DNA of 64,000 bases from positions 1,024,001 through 1,088,000 of the forward strand of contig OZ245817.1 in the NCBI GenBank assembly GCA_965228475.1, written 5' to 3'. Of this stretch, positions 49,248 to 59,350 are shown piece after piece. Within the stretch, counting starts at the first letter, position 1. Each line of letters opens with the position of its first letter. The stretch is from Myxococcota bacterium (lineage in GTDB: Bacteria > Myxococcota_A > UBA9160 > JAFDDA01). The notes below the pieces were generated by a model, which saw nothing but the letters and a program-made list of their open reading frames with translations, had not been told where the DNA came from and did no database searches. Both the position numbers and the translations under genes were made by a program.

Positions 49248-50585
49248 GTGTCACACCGCGTTTGGCGATGGACTCGAGGATTGCTGGTCCTGGGCGCCCT
49301 CGGACTCGCTGCGCCGCAAGAGAGCCGAGGTGACGCGTTCGAAGAGCTCAAGGAGCTCGTTCGGGAGCAGAGCAAGCAGATCCAGGCGCTCCAAGACCAG
49401 GTCCGGCGGCTCGAGGACGACGCTGCGGCGCCGGTCTCGCGGCAGGTCGTCGACACGATCGACGAGAGGATCATCGACTTCGAGAACCACCCGAGTTCGA
49501 AGCTGTTCATCAGCGGCTACGGGGCGATGGGGTACAACGACTCGGACGACGAAGACGGCTCCTTCGGGGCATTGTTCGTCCCGATATTCCACTACCAGCT
49601 CAGCGACCGGCTTCACCTGACGGGCGAGGTCGAGTTCGACCTGCGCGGGGACGACCTCGACATCGAAGTCGAGTACGCCCAGATCGACTTCCTGCTGAAC
49701 GACTATCTCACCGTCACCGCAGGGAAGTTCCTGCTTCCCTTCAACGCATTTAGCGAGCGGATCCACCCCGCGTGGATCAACAAGCTCCCCTCGCTGCCGC
49801 CGATCTACGGGTCTCACGGGAGTGGCGGCGGCATCATCCCCGTTCTGAGTGATACCGGGCTCCAGCTGCGAGGAGGCGCGCGGCTCCCCTTCTCGCTCGG
49901 CGAGAACGAGCCCCGGTTGAACTACAACTTCTACGTCGTCAACGGGCCCCGAATCGAGCCCGAGTCGGAGGAAGACGAGCGCTTCGAACATCTCGCAGAG
50001 TTCCTCGAGGCCGAAGGGGCGATCGTGAGCGCGGACGATCTGCTCGAGGAGCTCGAGATCGGCCACGGCGAAGGCACGGAGATCGAGTTCGGGGAGACCT
50101 TCCGCGACAACAACAGCAACAAGGCGATCGGCGGGCGCATGGGGTTCCTGCCGGTGCCCTGGCTCGAGGCCGGCGGCTCGTTCATGCGGGGCGAGTTCGA
50201 CGACGGCGATGACCTCGACTTCCACATGTACGGATTCGATCTCGGTGCGAGGGTGGGCCCCTTCGACCTTCGCGGCGAGTACATCCGGCTCTCCTATGAG
50301 CTCGAAGAGGGCGGGACGGAGCGAACCGACGGCTTCTATACCCAGGTGGCCATGAAGCTCCGGGACGCGATCGAGCACTTCGGCGCCGCCAGTCCGCCGG
50401 TCATCGACCGCACGGAGCTCGTCTTGCGATACGGCCAGGTCGACAACGGCGCCGACTACGACGAGATCAGCCCGGGGATCGTCTACTGGATTCGGCCGTC
50501 GGTGCCGCTGAAGCTGGCCTACTCGTTCCGAAACGGAGACCGAGACGACGACGAGCTGCAAGTTCAGCTCGCGTTCGGCTTCTGA
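49248..50585 (+). CDS. Outer membrane beta-barrel porin-like protein
   Basis: Signal, short coiled coil, amphipathic strands (EYAQIDF, AGKFLLPF), C-terminal QLAFGF, acidic loop. Confidence 0.8.
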   Translation: MSHRVWRWTRGLLVLGALGLAAPQESRGDAFEELKELVREQSKQIQALQDQVRRLEDDAAAPVSRQVVDTIDERIIDFENHPSSKLFISGYGAMGYNDSDDEDGSFGALFVPIFHYQLSDRLHLTGEVEFDLRGDDLDIEVEYAQIDFLLNDYLTVTAGKFLLPFNAFSERIHPAWINKLPSLPPIYGSHGSGGGIIPVLSDTGLQLRGGARLPFSLGENEPRLNYNFYVVNGPRIEPESEEDERFEHLAEFLEAEGAIVSADDLLEELEIGHGEGTEIEFGETFRDNNSNKAIGGRMGFLPVPWLEAGGSFMRGEFDDGDDLDFHMYGFDLGARVGPFDLRGEYIRLSYELEEGGTERTDGFYTQVAMKLRDAIEHFGAASPPVIDRTELVLRYGQVDNGADYDEISPGIVYWIRPSVPLKLAYSFRNGDRDDDELQVQLAFGF

Positions 50586-50592
50586 GGAGGGG

Positions 50593-51150
50593 GTGATGCT
50601 TCGCTACCTGATCTTCGTTCCCGTCCTGCTCGCGGTTGCCTGTTCCGGCTCGGGCACTCCGCGCCAGGCGCCGATCGACGGCGCGACGGTCTACGCGAAC
50701 AACTGCAACCGCTGCCACGAGTTTCGCTCGCCGACGGAGTTCAATGGGCCGCAGTGGTCGATCATCTCGACGCACATGCGTCTGGTCGGCGGGATGCCCG
50801 CGGACGAGTCACGGGCGGTCTACGAGTATCTGAAGTCACAGCACCACCCTCCCTACGTGCCCGATGGGGCGGAAGGGGCTTCGCTTTCGGTCGATCCCGA
50901 CTCAGGCCGAGCGCTCGTCCACGAGCGCGGGTGCATCGGCTGCCACGTGGTGGAAGGGCGGGGCGGCAAGATGGGGCCCTCGCTCGACCGCATCTCCGAG
51001 CGACGGTCCGAGGAGTTCGTGGTGCAGCAGATCCTCGACCCCAAGGCGAACAACACCACGAGCCTCATGCCCAATCTCGGGCTCTCTCGGGCCGACGCCC
51101 AGGCGATCTGGGCCTACCTGAGTAGCCTGGATGGAGGAGGCGGAGTCTGA
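50593..51150 (+). CDS. Diheme cytochrome c lipoprotein
   Basis: Lipobox LAVAC; CNRCH...HM and CIGCH...MP; GAGGAGG RBS. Confidence 0.9.
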   Translation: MMLRYLIFVPVLLAVACSGSGTPRQAPIDGATVYANNCNRCHEFRSPTEFNGPQWSIISTHMRLVGGMPADESRAVYEYLKSQHHPPYVPDGAEGASLSVDPDSGRALVHERGCIGCHVVEGRGGKMGPSLDRISERRSEEFVVQQILDPKANNTTSLMPNLGLSRADAQAIWAYLSSLDGGGGV

Positions 51151-51307
51151 TTCCTCATGGCTCGGGGAGGCGGAAGAGGCCGTCCATTCACGTTCGCGGC
51201 CGCGAACCCGCGGCGCAGCTGCGGCATCTCAAGTCGTCGTGCCGGGTGGCCGATCGTGGGCGTACGGCGTCAGGGTGGCGTACCTTCGGTCGGCAGGAGC
51301 CAGCCAG

Positions 51308-51739
51308 ATGAGACTCAGGGCAGCGATCGCATTTGCCTTCATCTTGAGTGGGACAGCCCCCTTCGACGCCGAAGCGTGCGGAACGGACGCGGCTGAGATC
51401 CTCCCTCCTGCGGCCGGCGCCTCGCACGAAGATCACGAGCATTCGCACGCCGCCGGTGCTTCCCACGGGAGCCCGGTTCACGCCGAGGTGCCTGGTCCGA
51501 ACTCGCATGAGCACCCGGACGACCACGGCTCTTCCTGCTGTCGTGCCGACGCGGGGAGCCAGCCGATCCTTCTGGGTGCACAGACGCCTGCGCCGCGCGT
51601 CCATTGGGTCTCGATCGCTGTCGATCCTGCCCCTGGCGTCGGTTGGCAGAGCCCCAGCATCGAGCGGAGCCGGGCGCGGTGGCTCGAGCCACCGCCACCG
51701 GACCCCTACGCGAAGACGCGCCGACCCCTTCTCATCTGA
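51308..51739 (+). CDS. His/Cys-rich exported protein (CzcI/DUF2946-like position)
   Basis: Signal, HEDHEHSH, HEHPDDH, CC, C-terminal EPPPPDP; directly upstream of a czcC-like gene. Confidence 0.65.
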   Translation: MRLRAAIAFAFILSGTAPFDAEACGTDAAEILPPAAGASHEDHEHSHAAGASHGSPVHAEVPGPNSHEHPDDHGSSCCRADAGSQPILLGAQTPAPRVHWVSIAVDPAPGVGWQSPSIERSRARWLEPPPPDPYAKTRRPLLI

Positions 51740-51809
51740 TCCCCTTCAGGTTCGAACGCCGTAGCGGCGCTTCCCGGCACGTCCCGGGTTTCTCGAATCT
51801 GGAGGAGAC

Positions 51810-53091
51810 ATGCGATCCGCTTTCTACGCCGTCCTCGTGGCGGCGTGGGCCCTCGGGACCCCAGGCCCCGCAAGGGCCGAGTCAGCCCAGTATGCACTGA
51901 CGGCCGAAGAGGCCGTTCGTGAGGCCCTGGTCGCCAACCGCGACCTCCAGGCTGCACGGCGCGATCGAGGCCGCACGTGGGCGGCGGCTCCAGGCTGGCC
52001 GGCTCGAGAACCCCGAGCTCGAGCTGGCCTACGCCGACGACTTCGCCTTCGAGTCCAACGGCGAGCGCACCGCGTCGGTGGCCTTCTCGCAGAGCTTCCC
52101 CGTGACCGCGCGCCTCTCCCGCGAGAGGAAGGTCGCGGCGAAGGACGTCGAGATCGCGGCGGCGGAGGTCCACAACTTCGCTCGCGAGCTCGTGGCCGAG
52201 GTCGAGAGCGCCTTCTACCGCGCCAGAACCTGGGACGAGCGGCTCGCAGTCAACCAGGAGCTCATCGGCTCGGTGCGAGCTGTCGAGCAGGCCACTGGCC
52301 GCAGATTGCAAGCCGCCGAGGTTTCTCCGGCCGAGGTGAGCCTCCTGCGGATCGAACGGCTGCGCCTGGAGCAGGAGTCGGTGCGGCTTGGGCAGCAGGC
52401 CGAGGTCTCCCGCGCGACCCTCGCGCGACTGCTCGGTCGAGACGCACCCGGGTCGCTCGAGCTCGTCGGGGAGCTCGACCCGGGCAACTCGCCGGCGGGT
52501 TCTCCGGGTCGGATCCGTCCGGACCTGGAGGCGGCGAGCCGCGGCGTCGAGCGGGCCGAGGCCGACCGCGCCCTGGCGCGCAGCGAGGCCTGGGAGGATT
52601 GGACGGTGGCCTTCGGCTACGACCGCGAGCGCGCCGTCTTCGATCGCCCGATCGGCGTCAAGGAGGACGAGTTCCTCGGCTTTGGACTCCGCATTCCGCT
52701 CCCCCTGTGGAACCGGCAGCAAGGCCGGATCGCCGAGGCCGAGGCCGAGTTCCGGCGGGCTCGCCACGCGCACGGCGCCCTGGCGCTCCGCGTCGACGAG
52801 GAGGTTCGGGTCGCCCAAGCCGAATTCGAAGCCCTCCGGGCGAATGTCGATGCCTATGCGGACTCGATCCTTCCCGAGGTTTCGCGCACGCGTGAGCTCA
52901 TTGAGCGCGGATATCGTGAGGGCCTGGTCGGGATCGCCGACCTCCTTCAGGCGCAGCGCCAATTCAACGAGACGCGCTCTCTCTACCTGACGCTGCTTGG
53001 CGATCTCCGCGCGGCGGCGATCTCGCTCGAGGCGGCCGTCGGCTCGAGCCCACATCTTCGCGCCGCACCTGGCGCCCGAGGCACACCATGA
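51810..53091 (+). pseudogene. CzcC-like TolC protein, frameshifted near 51960
   Basis: First frame gives signal plus EALVANRDLQAAR; the continuation AIEAARGRRLQAGRLENPEL is in another frame (gct gca cgg C gcg atc gag). Confidence 0.85.
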
Positions 53092-54236
53092 AGCGGCGAA
53101 TCCTGCTCCACGCGCTGGCCGCGCTGCTGCTCGCAACTCCGGCCCACGCCCACGAAGGCGAGGATCACGCGGCCGCGCCGGGGACAGAGGGGGCCGCAGT
53201 CGCCGGCGGGGGGCCGATCGAGGTCTCCGAGGTCGCCCAGCGCAACCTCGGCCTCGTCGTGGTCGAAGCCGACCTCCAGCCGATCGATACGACGCTGCGG
53301 GTGATCGGCGAGATCCAGGCCGACCCGGCGCGCTCGGGCACCGTCACGAGCCGCATATCGGGCCGCGTCTCCGGGGTCTTCGCCCAGGAAGGTGAGAGCG
53401 TCGAGAAAGGGGAGCCGATCGTCGAGGTCGAGAGCCTCCAGCTCGGGGATCCGCCGCCCCGCGCCCGCTACCGCTCGCCCGTGGCCGGCGTCGTGACGGA
53501 TCGACACGTCGTCCTCGGAGCCGACGTGAGTCCGAGCCAGCATCTCTTCGAGATCGCGGACCTGACGGAGGTTCTGGCGGTCGGGCGCATCTTCGAGGGG
53601 CAGGTCGGTCGAGTCGCCGTGGACCAGAAGGTGCGCGTTCGCGTCCCGAGCTACCCGGGTGAGGTCTTCGAAGGGGTCGTCGACCGGCTCGGCGGGAAGC
53701 TCGATCCGAATACGCGTTCGCTGGCGCTCTACGCTCGCGTCGCAAACCCCACGGGCCGCCTTCGGCCGCACATGCGCGCCACCCTGACCGTGGTCACGGG
53801 AGGCGCCGACCTCGCCCTCGCCGTGCCGTGAAGCGCGGTGCTCGGCGAGGCAGGGCACCTGTTCGTGTTCGTGCAGGACGAGGAGCAGGCGACGCGCTTC
53901 GAGCGTCGGCCGGTCGTACTCGGCGTCGAGAACGACCGCGCCGTCGAGGTGGTCGACGGGCTCCTCCCGGGCGAACGGGTCGTCTCGCAGGGCAACTACT
54001 CGCTCCAATATCTGGCGCCCGTGGCCGACGAGACGGCGGATCACGAGCACGAATCCTCAGCGAACGAGTCTCACGAGGGCTCGGTCGCTCCCGAAAGCGT
54101 TCCTCTCGAGTCAGGCGCGCGGCGAGGCGTGGTCGTCTGGGGGCTCGGTGCGGTGGGGCTGCTCCTGCTGGGCGGCGCGGCTCTCCACGCCGTCCGCACC
54201 CGCTCAGGCAGGCCGCGCGAGGTTTCGCGGCCATGA
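53088..54236 (+). pseudogene. CzcB-like adaptor interrupted by an in-frame TGA
   Basis: LAVP*SAVLGEAG with TGA at 53829-53831; track ORFs 53088-53831 and 53838-54236 share a frame. Confidence 0.88.
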
Positions 54237-57200
54237 TGAGCCGGCTGATCGAGTTCTCGCTGCGGAACCGGCTCTTCGTCGTGGCGGCTGCCACGCTCGT
54301 CTTCGTCTACGGGGCCTTCGTGCTCCGGGATCTGCCGGTAGACGTGTTCCCCGACCTGAATCGCCCGCTCGTCACGGTGCTCACCGAGGCCCCGGGCCTC
54401 GCACCGGAGGAGGTGGAGACGTTGGTGACGTGGCCGCTAGAGACGGCGGTCAACGGGGCGCCAGGTGTCATGCGCGTGCGGTCGAACTCGGGGATCGGGC
54501 TCTCGATCCTGTTCGTGGAGTTCGACTGGGGCATGGACATCTACCGGGCGCGCCAGCTCGTCCAGGAGCGCATCCAGCTAGCCGCCGAGCGCCTGCCCGA
54601 AGAGATCACGCCGGTCATGGGGCCAATCTCTTCGATCATGGGCGAGATCCTGCTGATCGGCGTCTCGAGCCCCGAGGGCCGGACACCGCCGATGGAACTC
54701 CGCACGATCGCCGACTGGGAGATCCGACAGAGGCTCCTGACCATTCCCGGCGTGGCGCAGGTGATTCCCATCGGCGGCGGCGTCAAGCAGTACCAGGTCC
54801 TGGCGGACCCCGAGCGCATGGCGGCCTACGGCGTCACCCTCGAAGAGGTCCTCGACGCGGCAGAGCGGTCTCAGGTGAACACGCCGGGCGGGTTCCTCAA
54901 CGCGGGGCACCGCGAGGCGCTCGTCCGCAACATCGCCCGCACGCGCGACATCGACGAGATCGCCGCCACCGTGGTCGCTACCCACGGCGAGGTCCCCGTT
55001 CGGCTGGGGGATGTAGCCCGCGTCGCCTTCGACCGACAGATCATGCGGGGCGACGCGGGCGTCGACGGGCGGCCCGCGGTCATCGTCTCCGTGCAGAAGC
55101 AGCCCGGTGTCGACACGGTGGCGTTGACCGAACGCGTCGAAGCCGCCCTCGCGGAGATCGGCCGGGGTCTGCCCAAGGACGTCGAGCTGAGCGTCCTCTT
55201 CAAACAGGCTCGCTTCATCGACGCTGCGATTGCCAACGTCGAAGAAGCGATTCGGGACGGGGCGGTCATGGTCGTGATCGTCCTGTTTCTCTTCCTCCTC
55301 AACGTGCGCACGACGCTGATTACCCTCACGGCGATCCCCTTGTCCTTCGTCGCGACTGCGATCTTCTTCCAGTTCGCGGGAATCTCGATCAACACGATGA
55401 CCCTGGGTGGCCTCGCCGTCGCCATCGGCATGGTCGTGGACGATGCGATCGTCGATGTCGAGAACGTCTTCCGGCGGCTGCGCGAGAACCGGCACGCCGA
55501 GCGGCCCCGGCCCGTGCTCCGGGTGATCGCCGACGCGTCGGCCGAGGTCCGCAACTCGATCCTGTTCGCGACCCTGCTGATCGTGCTGGTCTTCATCCCC
55601 CTGTTCGGCCTCGCCGGGATCGAGGGCCGGCTCTTCGCTCCGATCGGCATTGCCACCATCGTCGCCATGATCGCCTCGTTCGTGGTCTCCCTGACCGTGA
55701 TCCCGGCTCTCTGCTCGTACCTGCTTCCACGGATGAAGCGAATGGAGACGGAGGAGGACGGCTGGCTCGTGCGTCACCTGAAGGACCTCGATCGTCGCTT
55801 CCTGCTCGGCCCGGCGCTCGACCACCCGCTGTGGGCGGCTGGCATCGCGGCCGTGCTGGTCGCGGGCTCGCTGGCCCTCTACCCCGTGATGGGCAAGGAG
55901 TTCCTGCCCGAGTTCAACGAAGGGACCGCGACCATCAACGTGCTCGTGGCCCCGGGCACTTCGCTGGAGGAGTCGAACCGGACCGGCGCGATCGCCGAGC
56001 GTCTCTTGCTTGCGGTCCCGGAGATCGAGAAGACCGGGCGCCGCACGGGCCGGGCGGAGCTCGACGAACACGCCGAGGGCGTCCACTACACCGAGATCGA
56101 CGTCGACTTGAAGCCCTCCGAGCGCTCCCGTGAGGCGATCCTGGAAGACGTCCGTGAGAAGCTCGGCGGCATTCCCGGAATCGCTCTGAATGTCGGCCAG
56201 CCGATCTCCCATCGGCTCGATCACATGCTCTCCGGCGTCCGGGCCCAGGTCGCCGTCAAGCTTTTCGGAGATGACCTAGGCCTGCTCCGGGCCAAGGCCG
56301 CCGAGCTGGAAGCGGCGCTGGGCGAGGTTCCGGGCGTCGTGGACCTCCAGACGGAGAAGCAGGTGCTCGTACCGCAGGTGCGGATCGCGCTCGACCGGAA
56401 GCGGGCGCAGCTCTACGGCGTGCAGGTCGGCGACCTCGCCGAGCTCCTCGAGACGGCTCTCAACGGGCGCATCGTGGGGCAGGTCCTCGATGGCCAGCGC
56501 ACCTACGACGTCTACGTCTGGTACGACGAACCCCACCGTCGCGACGTCGAGGCGATTGGCCAGATGTTGGTTGACACGCCCTCGGGCGAGAAGGTCCCGC
56601 TGGCCCTGCTGGCGGACGTCCTCGAGGCCAAGGGCCCGAACATCATCAACCGCGAGAACGTGCGGCGGCGGATCGTCGTCTCCGCGAACGTATCGGGGCG
56701 CGACCTCGGGTCGACCGTCGCGGAGATGCAGTCGGCCGCGGCGGACGTCGACCTCCCCCAGGGCTACTCGGTGAGCTTCGAGGGGCAGTTTCAGAGCCAG
56801 CAGGAAGCGACCCGTCTGATCGCGCTGCTGAGCGGCTTCACGCTCGCGACCATGTTCCTCCTGCTCTACACCCACTTCCGCAGTGCGGTGATCGTGGCGC
56901 AGGTGCTGCTGAACGTTCCGCTCGCCTTCATCGGGGGGCTGGCGCTCACCTGGTGGTGGGTCGGGACCGTGTCGGTCGCGACGCTCGTGGGCCTCATCAC
57001 CCTGGCCGGGATAGCCTCGCGGAACACCATCATGATGATCTCCCACTATCTCCATCTGATGGAGCACGAGGGGGAGCGCTTCGACCGGGAGATGATCGTC
57101 CGCGGCTCCCTGGAGCGGCTCGTTCCCGTCACGATGACCGCACTCGTTTCGGGGATTGCGCTGATCCCCCTCGTGCTGGCCGCCGGCGAGCCGGGCAAGG

Positions 57201-57403
57201 AGATCCTCTATCCCGTTGCTGTCGTGATCATCGGGGGCCTGCTGAGCTCGACGCTGCTGGACATGGCAGTCACTCCCGCCGTGTTCCTGCGCTTCGGCCA
57301 CCGCGCGGCCGCTCGCTATCTCGCGCGCGAGAGTGGGGACCCGCTCGATGCGGTCCCCGCACCGGCGCCACGCAGCGTGGCGCCGATGAAGGATTCCACG
57401 TAG
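54233..57403 (+). CDS. CusA/CzcA family heavy-metal RND permease
   Basis: LPVDVFPDLN, GMVVDDAIVDVEN, GRAELDEHAEG, ISHRLDHMLSG, ERLVPVTMT; ATGA overlap with the adaptor. Confidence 0.95.
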   Translation: MMSRLIEFSLRNRLFVVAAATLVFVYGAFVLRDLPVDVFPDLNRPLVTVLTEAPGLAPEEVETLVTWPLETAVNGAPGVMRVRSNSGIGLSILFVEFDWGMDIYRARQLVQERIQLAAERLPEEITPVMGPISSIMGEILLIGVSSPEGRTPPMELRTIADWEIRQRLLTIPGVAQVIPIGGGVKQYQVLADPERMAAYGVTLEEVLDAAERSQVNTPGGFLNAGHREALVRNIARTRDIDEIAATVVATHGEVPVRLGDVARVAFDRQIMRGDAGVDGRPAVIVSVQKQPGVDTVALTERVEAALAEIGRGLPKDVELSVLFKQARFIDAAIANVEEAIRDGAVMVVIVLFLFLLNVRTTLITLTAIPLSFVATAIFFQFAGISINTMTLGGLAVAIGMVVDDAIVDVENVFRRLRENRHAERPRPVLRVIADASAEVRNSILFATLLIVLVFIPLFGLAGIEGRLFAPIGIATIVAMIASFVVSLTVIPALCSYLLPRMKRMETEEDGWLVRHLKDLDRRFLLGPALDHPLWAAGIAAVLVAGSLALYPVMGKEFLPEFNEGTATINVLVAPGTSLEESNRTGAIAERLLLAVPEIEKTGRRTGRAELDEHAEGVHYTEIDVDLKPSERSREAILEDVREKLGGIPGIALNVGQPISHRLDHMLSGVRAQVAVKLFGDDLGLLRAKAAELEAALGEVPGVVDLQTEKQVLVPQVRIALDRKRAQLYGVQVGDLAELLETALNGRIVGQVLDGQRTYDVYVWYDEPHRRDVEAIGQMLVDTPSGEKVPLALLADVLEAKGPNIINRENVRRRIVVSANVSGRDLGSTVAEMQSAAADVDLPQGYSVSFEGQFQSQQEATRLIALLSGFTLATMFLLLYTHFRSAVIVAQVLLNVPLAFIGGLALTWWWVGTVSVATLVGLITLAGIASRNTIMMISHYLHLMEHEGERFDREMIVRGSLERLVPVTMTALVSGIALIPLVLAAGEPGKEILYPVAVVIIGGLLSSTLLDMAVTPAVFLRFGHRAAARYLARESGDPLDAVPAPAPRSVAPMKDST

Positions 57404-57442
57404 CGCCGGTCGAGGCGCTCGAACAAGGATGGAGGTAGGAAG

Positions 57443-58330
57443 ATGTCGAGGACGAAGTACCTGGGTCGCCTCGTTGCGATCGCCGCTCTGGCGCTGCCGG
57501 TCGCGGTGGGTGCGGACGGCGGCCAAGAGGCGCCGGGATCGGAGCACGGGGGCCACGGCGGGCATCACTCCGGGCACGCCGCTACGAGCTCCCTGTCCGG
57601 TGCCTGGGCTGCTCTGACCGGGGCGCGAGACGCCATCGCGAAGGACGTCGAGTCAGGCGCTCTGGGCGAGATCCACGCCAAGGCCGAGCCTCTACCGGGC
57701 TACGTGGCCGCTCTCCTCGAGCACTCCGGACGCCTCGACGCCGCGAAGCGCGCCCGGGTCGAGGGTGCGGCCAGGCAGCTGGAACGGGTTGCGGACGCCC
57801 TCCACGTGGCGGCCGACGGAAACGACGCCCCGCGGACGCGGAAGGAGCTGAAGCGCCTCGACAGCCTCCTCGACCTGATCCGCGCGCAGTATCCGGCCGG
57901 CGCGCTTGTGGAGAAGGAGCATGGCCACGAGGGGCACTCTTGGGCGCCGGCCGCCGATGGCGACGGCCATGGCCACGGGCGACCGCCGGTAGGAGTCGTC
58001 GAGGCCGAGCCCGCAGCGACGCTGCGCGTTCGCGCGCTCGATCCCTTCCGCTTCGAGCCGGCTCGCCTCGAGCTGAAAGCCGGAGTGGCGACCCGCATCG
58101 AGCTGGAGAATGCGGGAGCCACCCAGCACGCCCTGGTCGTGAGAACTCCCGACGGGGGCCGGGATTGGATCCATCTCCACGTTGGCCCGGGCGAGACGCA
58201 GGGAGCGACCTATCGGCTCGACGAGGTCGGCACCTATCCGGTGGTGTGCACCGTTCCGGGCCACGCCGAGGGTGGCATGATCGGGGAGATCATCGTCTCC
58301 GATTCTCGCGCGGAGCCCCATGTTCACTGA
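57443..58330 (+). CDS. Secreted helical-bundle plus cupredoxin fusion protein
   Basis: Signal, His-rich linkers; type-1 Cu ligands QHAL...CTVPGHAEGGM; GGAGG upstream. Confidence 0.85.
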   Translation: MSRTKYLGRLVAIAALALPVAVGADGGQEAPGSEHGGHGGHHSGHAATSSLSGAWAALTGARDAIAKDVESGALGEIHAKAEPLPGYVAALLEHSGRLDAAKRARVEGAARQLERVADALHVAADGNDAPRTRKELKRLDSLLDLIRAQYPAGALVEKEHGHEGHSWAPAADGDGHGHGRPPVGVVEAEPAATLRVRALDPFRFEPARLELKAGVATRIELENAGATQHALVVRTPDGGRDWIHLHVGPGETQGATYRLDEVGTYPVVCTVPGHAEGGMIGEIIVSDSRAEPHVH

Positions 58331-58347
58331 CGTGATCCGAGCCGGCC

Positions 58348-59106
58348 TTGGCTAGCCAGAGCCGTGGTCAGCGCGCTCGGCGCAGGCGGGGAACCCGAAA
58401 GCGGCACGGCTCGGGCGCGCTTGCGGCCCCCGAGGTCGAAGCCCCTCGAGTCTTCGACCACGGGGTGAAGCTCGTCGCCATTGTGACGATGGTCGCGGAC
58501 CACGTCGGGATGATCTTCTTCCCGGAGGTCGACGCGCTGCGGGTCGTAGGGCGTCTCTCGATGCCGCTCTTCGCGTATCTCGTGGCGGTGGGTATCAAGC
58601 GGACGAGCGATCGGTCTGCCTATCTGTGTCGTCTGTTCGCCCTCTTTGTGTTCTCACAGATCCCCTACGGCCTCTTCGTGGGAGACAAGCTCAACATCTT
58701 CCTTTCGCTCGCCGTTGGTGGCATGACAGCGAGCTTTCTTGCGGATCGGAAACCGGCCTGGGCACTCGTCCTCCTCGCGGCTTTTCTTGGATTCACTTTC
58801 CAGCAACCCGTCTCGTACGGCCAGGTAGGCCCCGCACTCGTCCTTGCCTTCGCTGCTCTACCCGGGCGCCCGATCGCCTCGACGCTGCTGGTGGCCCTCG
58901 TGTTCGCGACGCACGGGCTCCTGACCGGCTCCCATTTCAGCTGGATGGCGATCCCGGTCCTTCCTCTCGTGCCTCTCGTCCTCCGGTACGTCCACTGGAG
59001 GTCGCCCTCCCGTTGGCGATGGGCGTACTGGGCCTATCCGTTCCATCTGGCAGCCTTCTACGGCATTGCCTGGCATCTGGGGATCACACAGCACATCCAG
59101 CGGTGA
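58348..59106 (+). CDS. TraX-family membrane protein
   Basis: KLVAIVTMVADHVG, GRLSMPLFAY, SQIPY, LNIF, YWAYPFHL; start uncertain. Confidence 0.8.
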   Translation: MASQSRGQRARRRRGTRKRHGSGALAAPEVEAPRVFDHGVKLVAIVTMVADHVGMIFFPEVDALRVVGRLSMPLFAYLVAVGIKRTSDRSAYLCRLFALFVFSQIPYGLFVGDKLNIFLSLAVGGMTASFLADRKPAWALVLLAAFLGFTFQQPVSYGQVGPALVLAFAALPGRPIASTLLVALVFATHGLLTGSHFSWMAIPVLPLVPLVLRYVHWRSPSRWRWAYWAYPFHLAAFYGIAWHLGITQHIQR

Positions 59107-59350
59107 GCACGCGCCAGACGAAGATCGTCGCAGGTGGCCAACTAAGGGTTCACGGGCTCCTCGAGTGCGCGCCGAGGGGCGAGAGTCTACCCTCCGGCCC
59201 GATGAGGCAAATCAGCGCAGTCAGGAGCTGCCCCGGGGCATATTGCCCCGACGCTCCCAGCGACGGCCAGCCCCTTTGGAGGGCGTTTCGGCACGCCAGG
59301 TGCAGAAGGAATGCTAGTAAGTTCGGTTCGATCGACGAGGAGTGGGTGAC

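Noticed and set aside
53829..53831. In-frame TGA as selenocysteine or genetic code reassignment
   Set aside because: The position (AVP-x-SAV) is not a Cys site in adaptors, and many genes here end in TGA, so a nonsense change or error is simpler.
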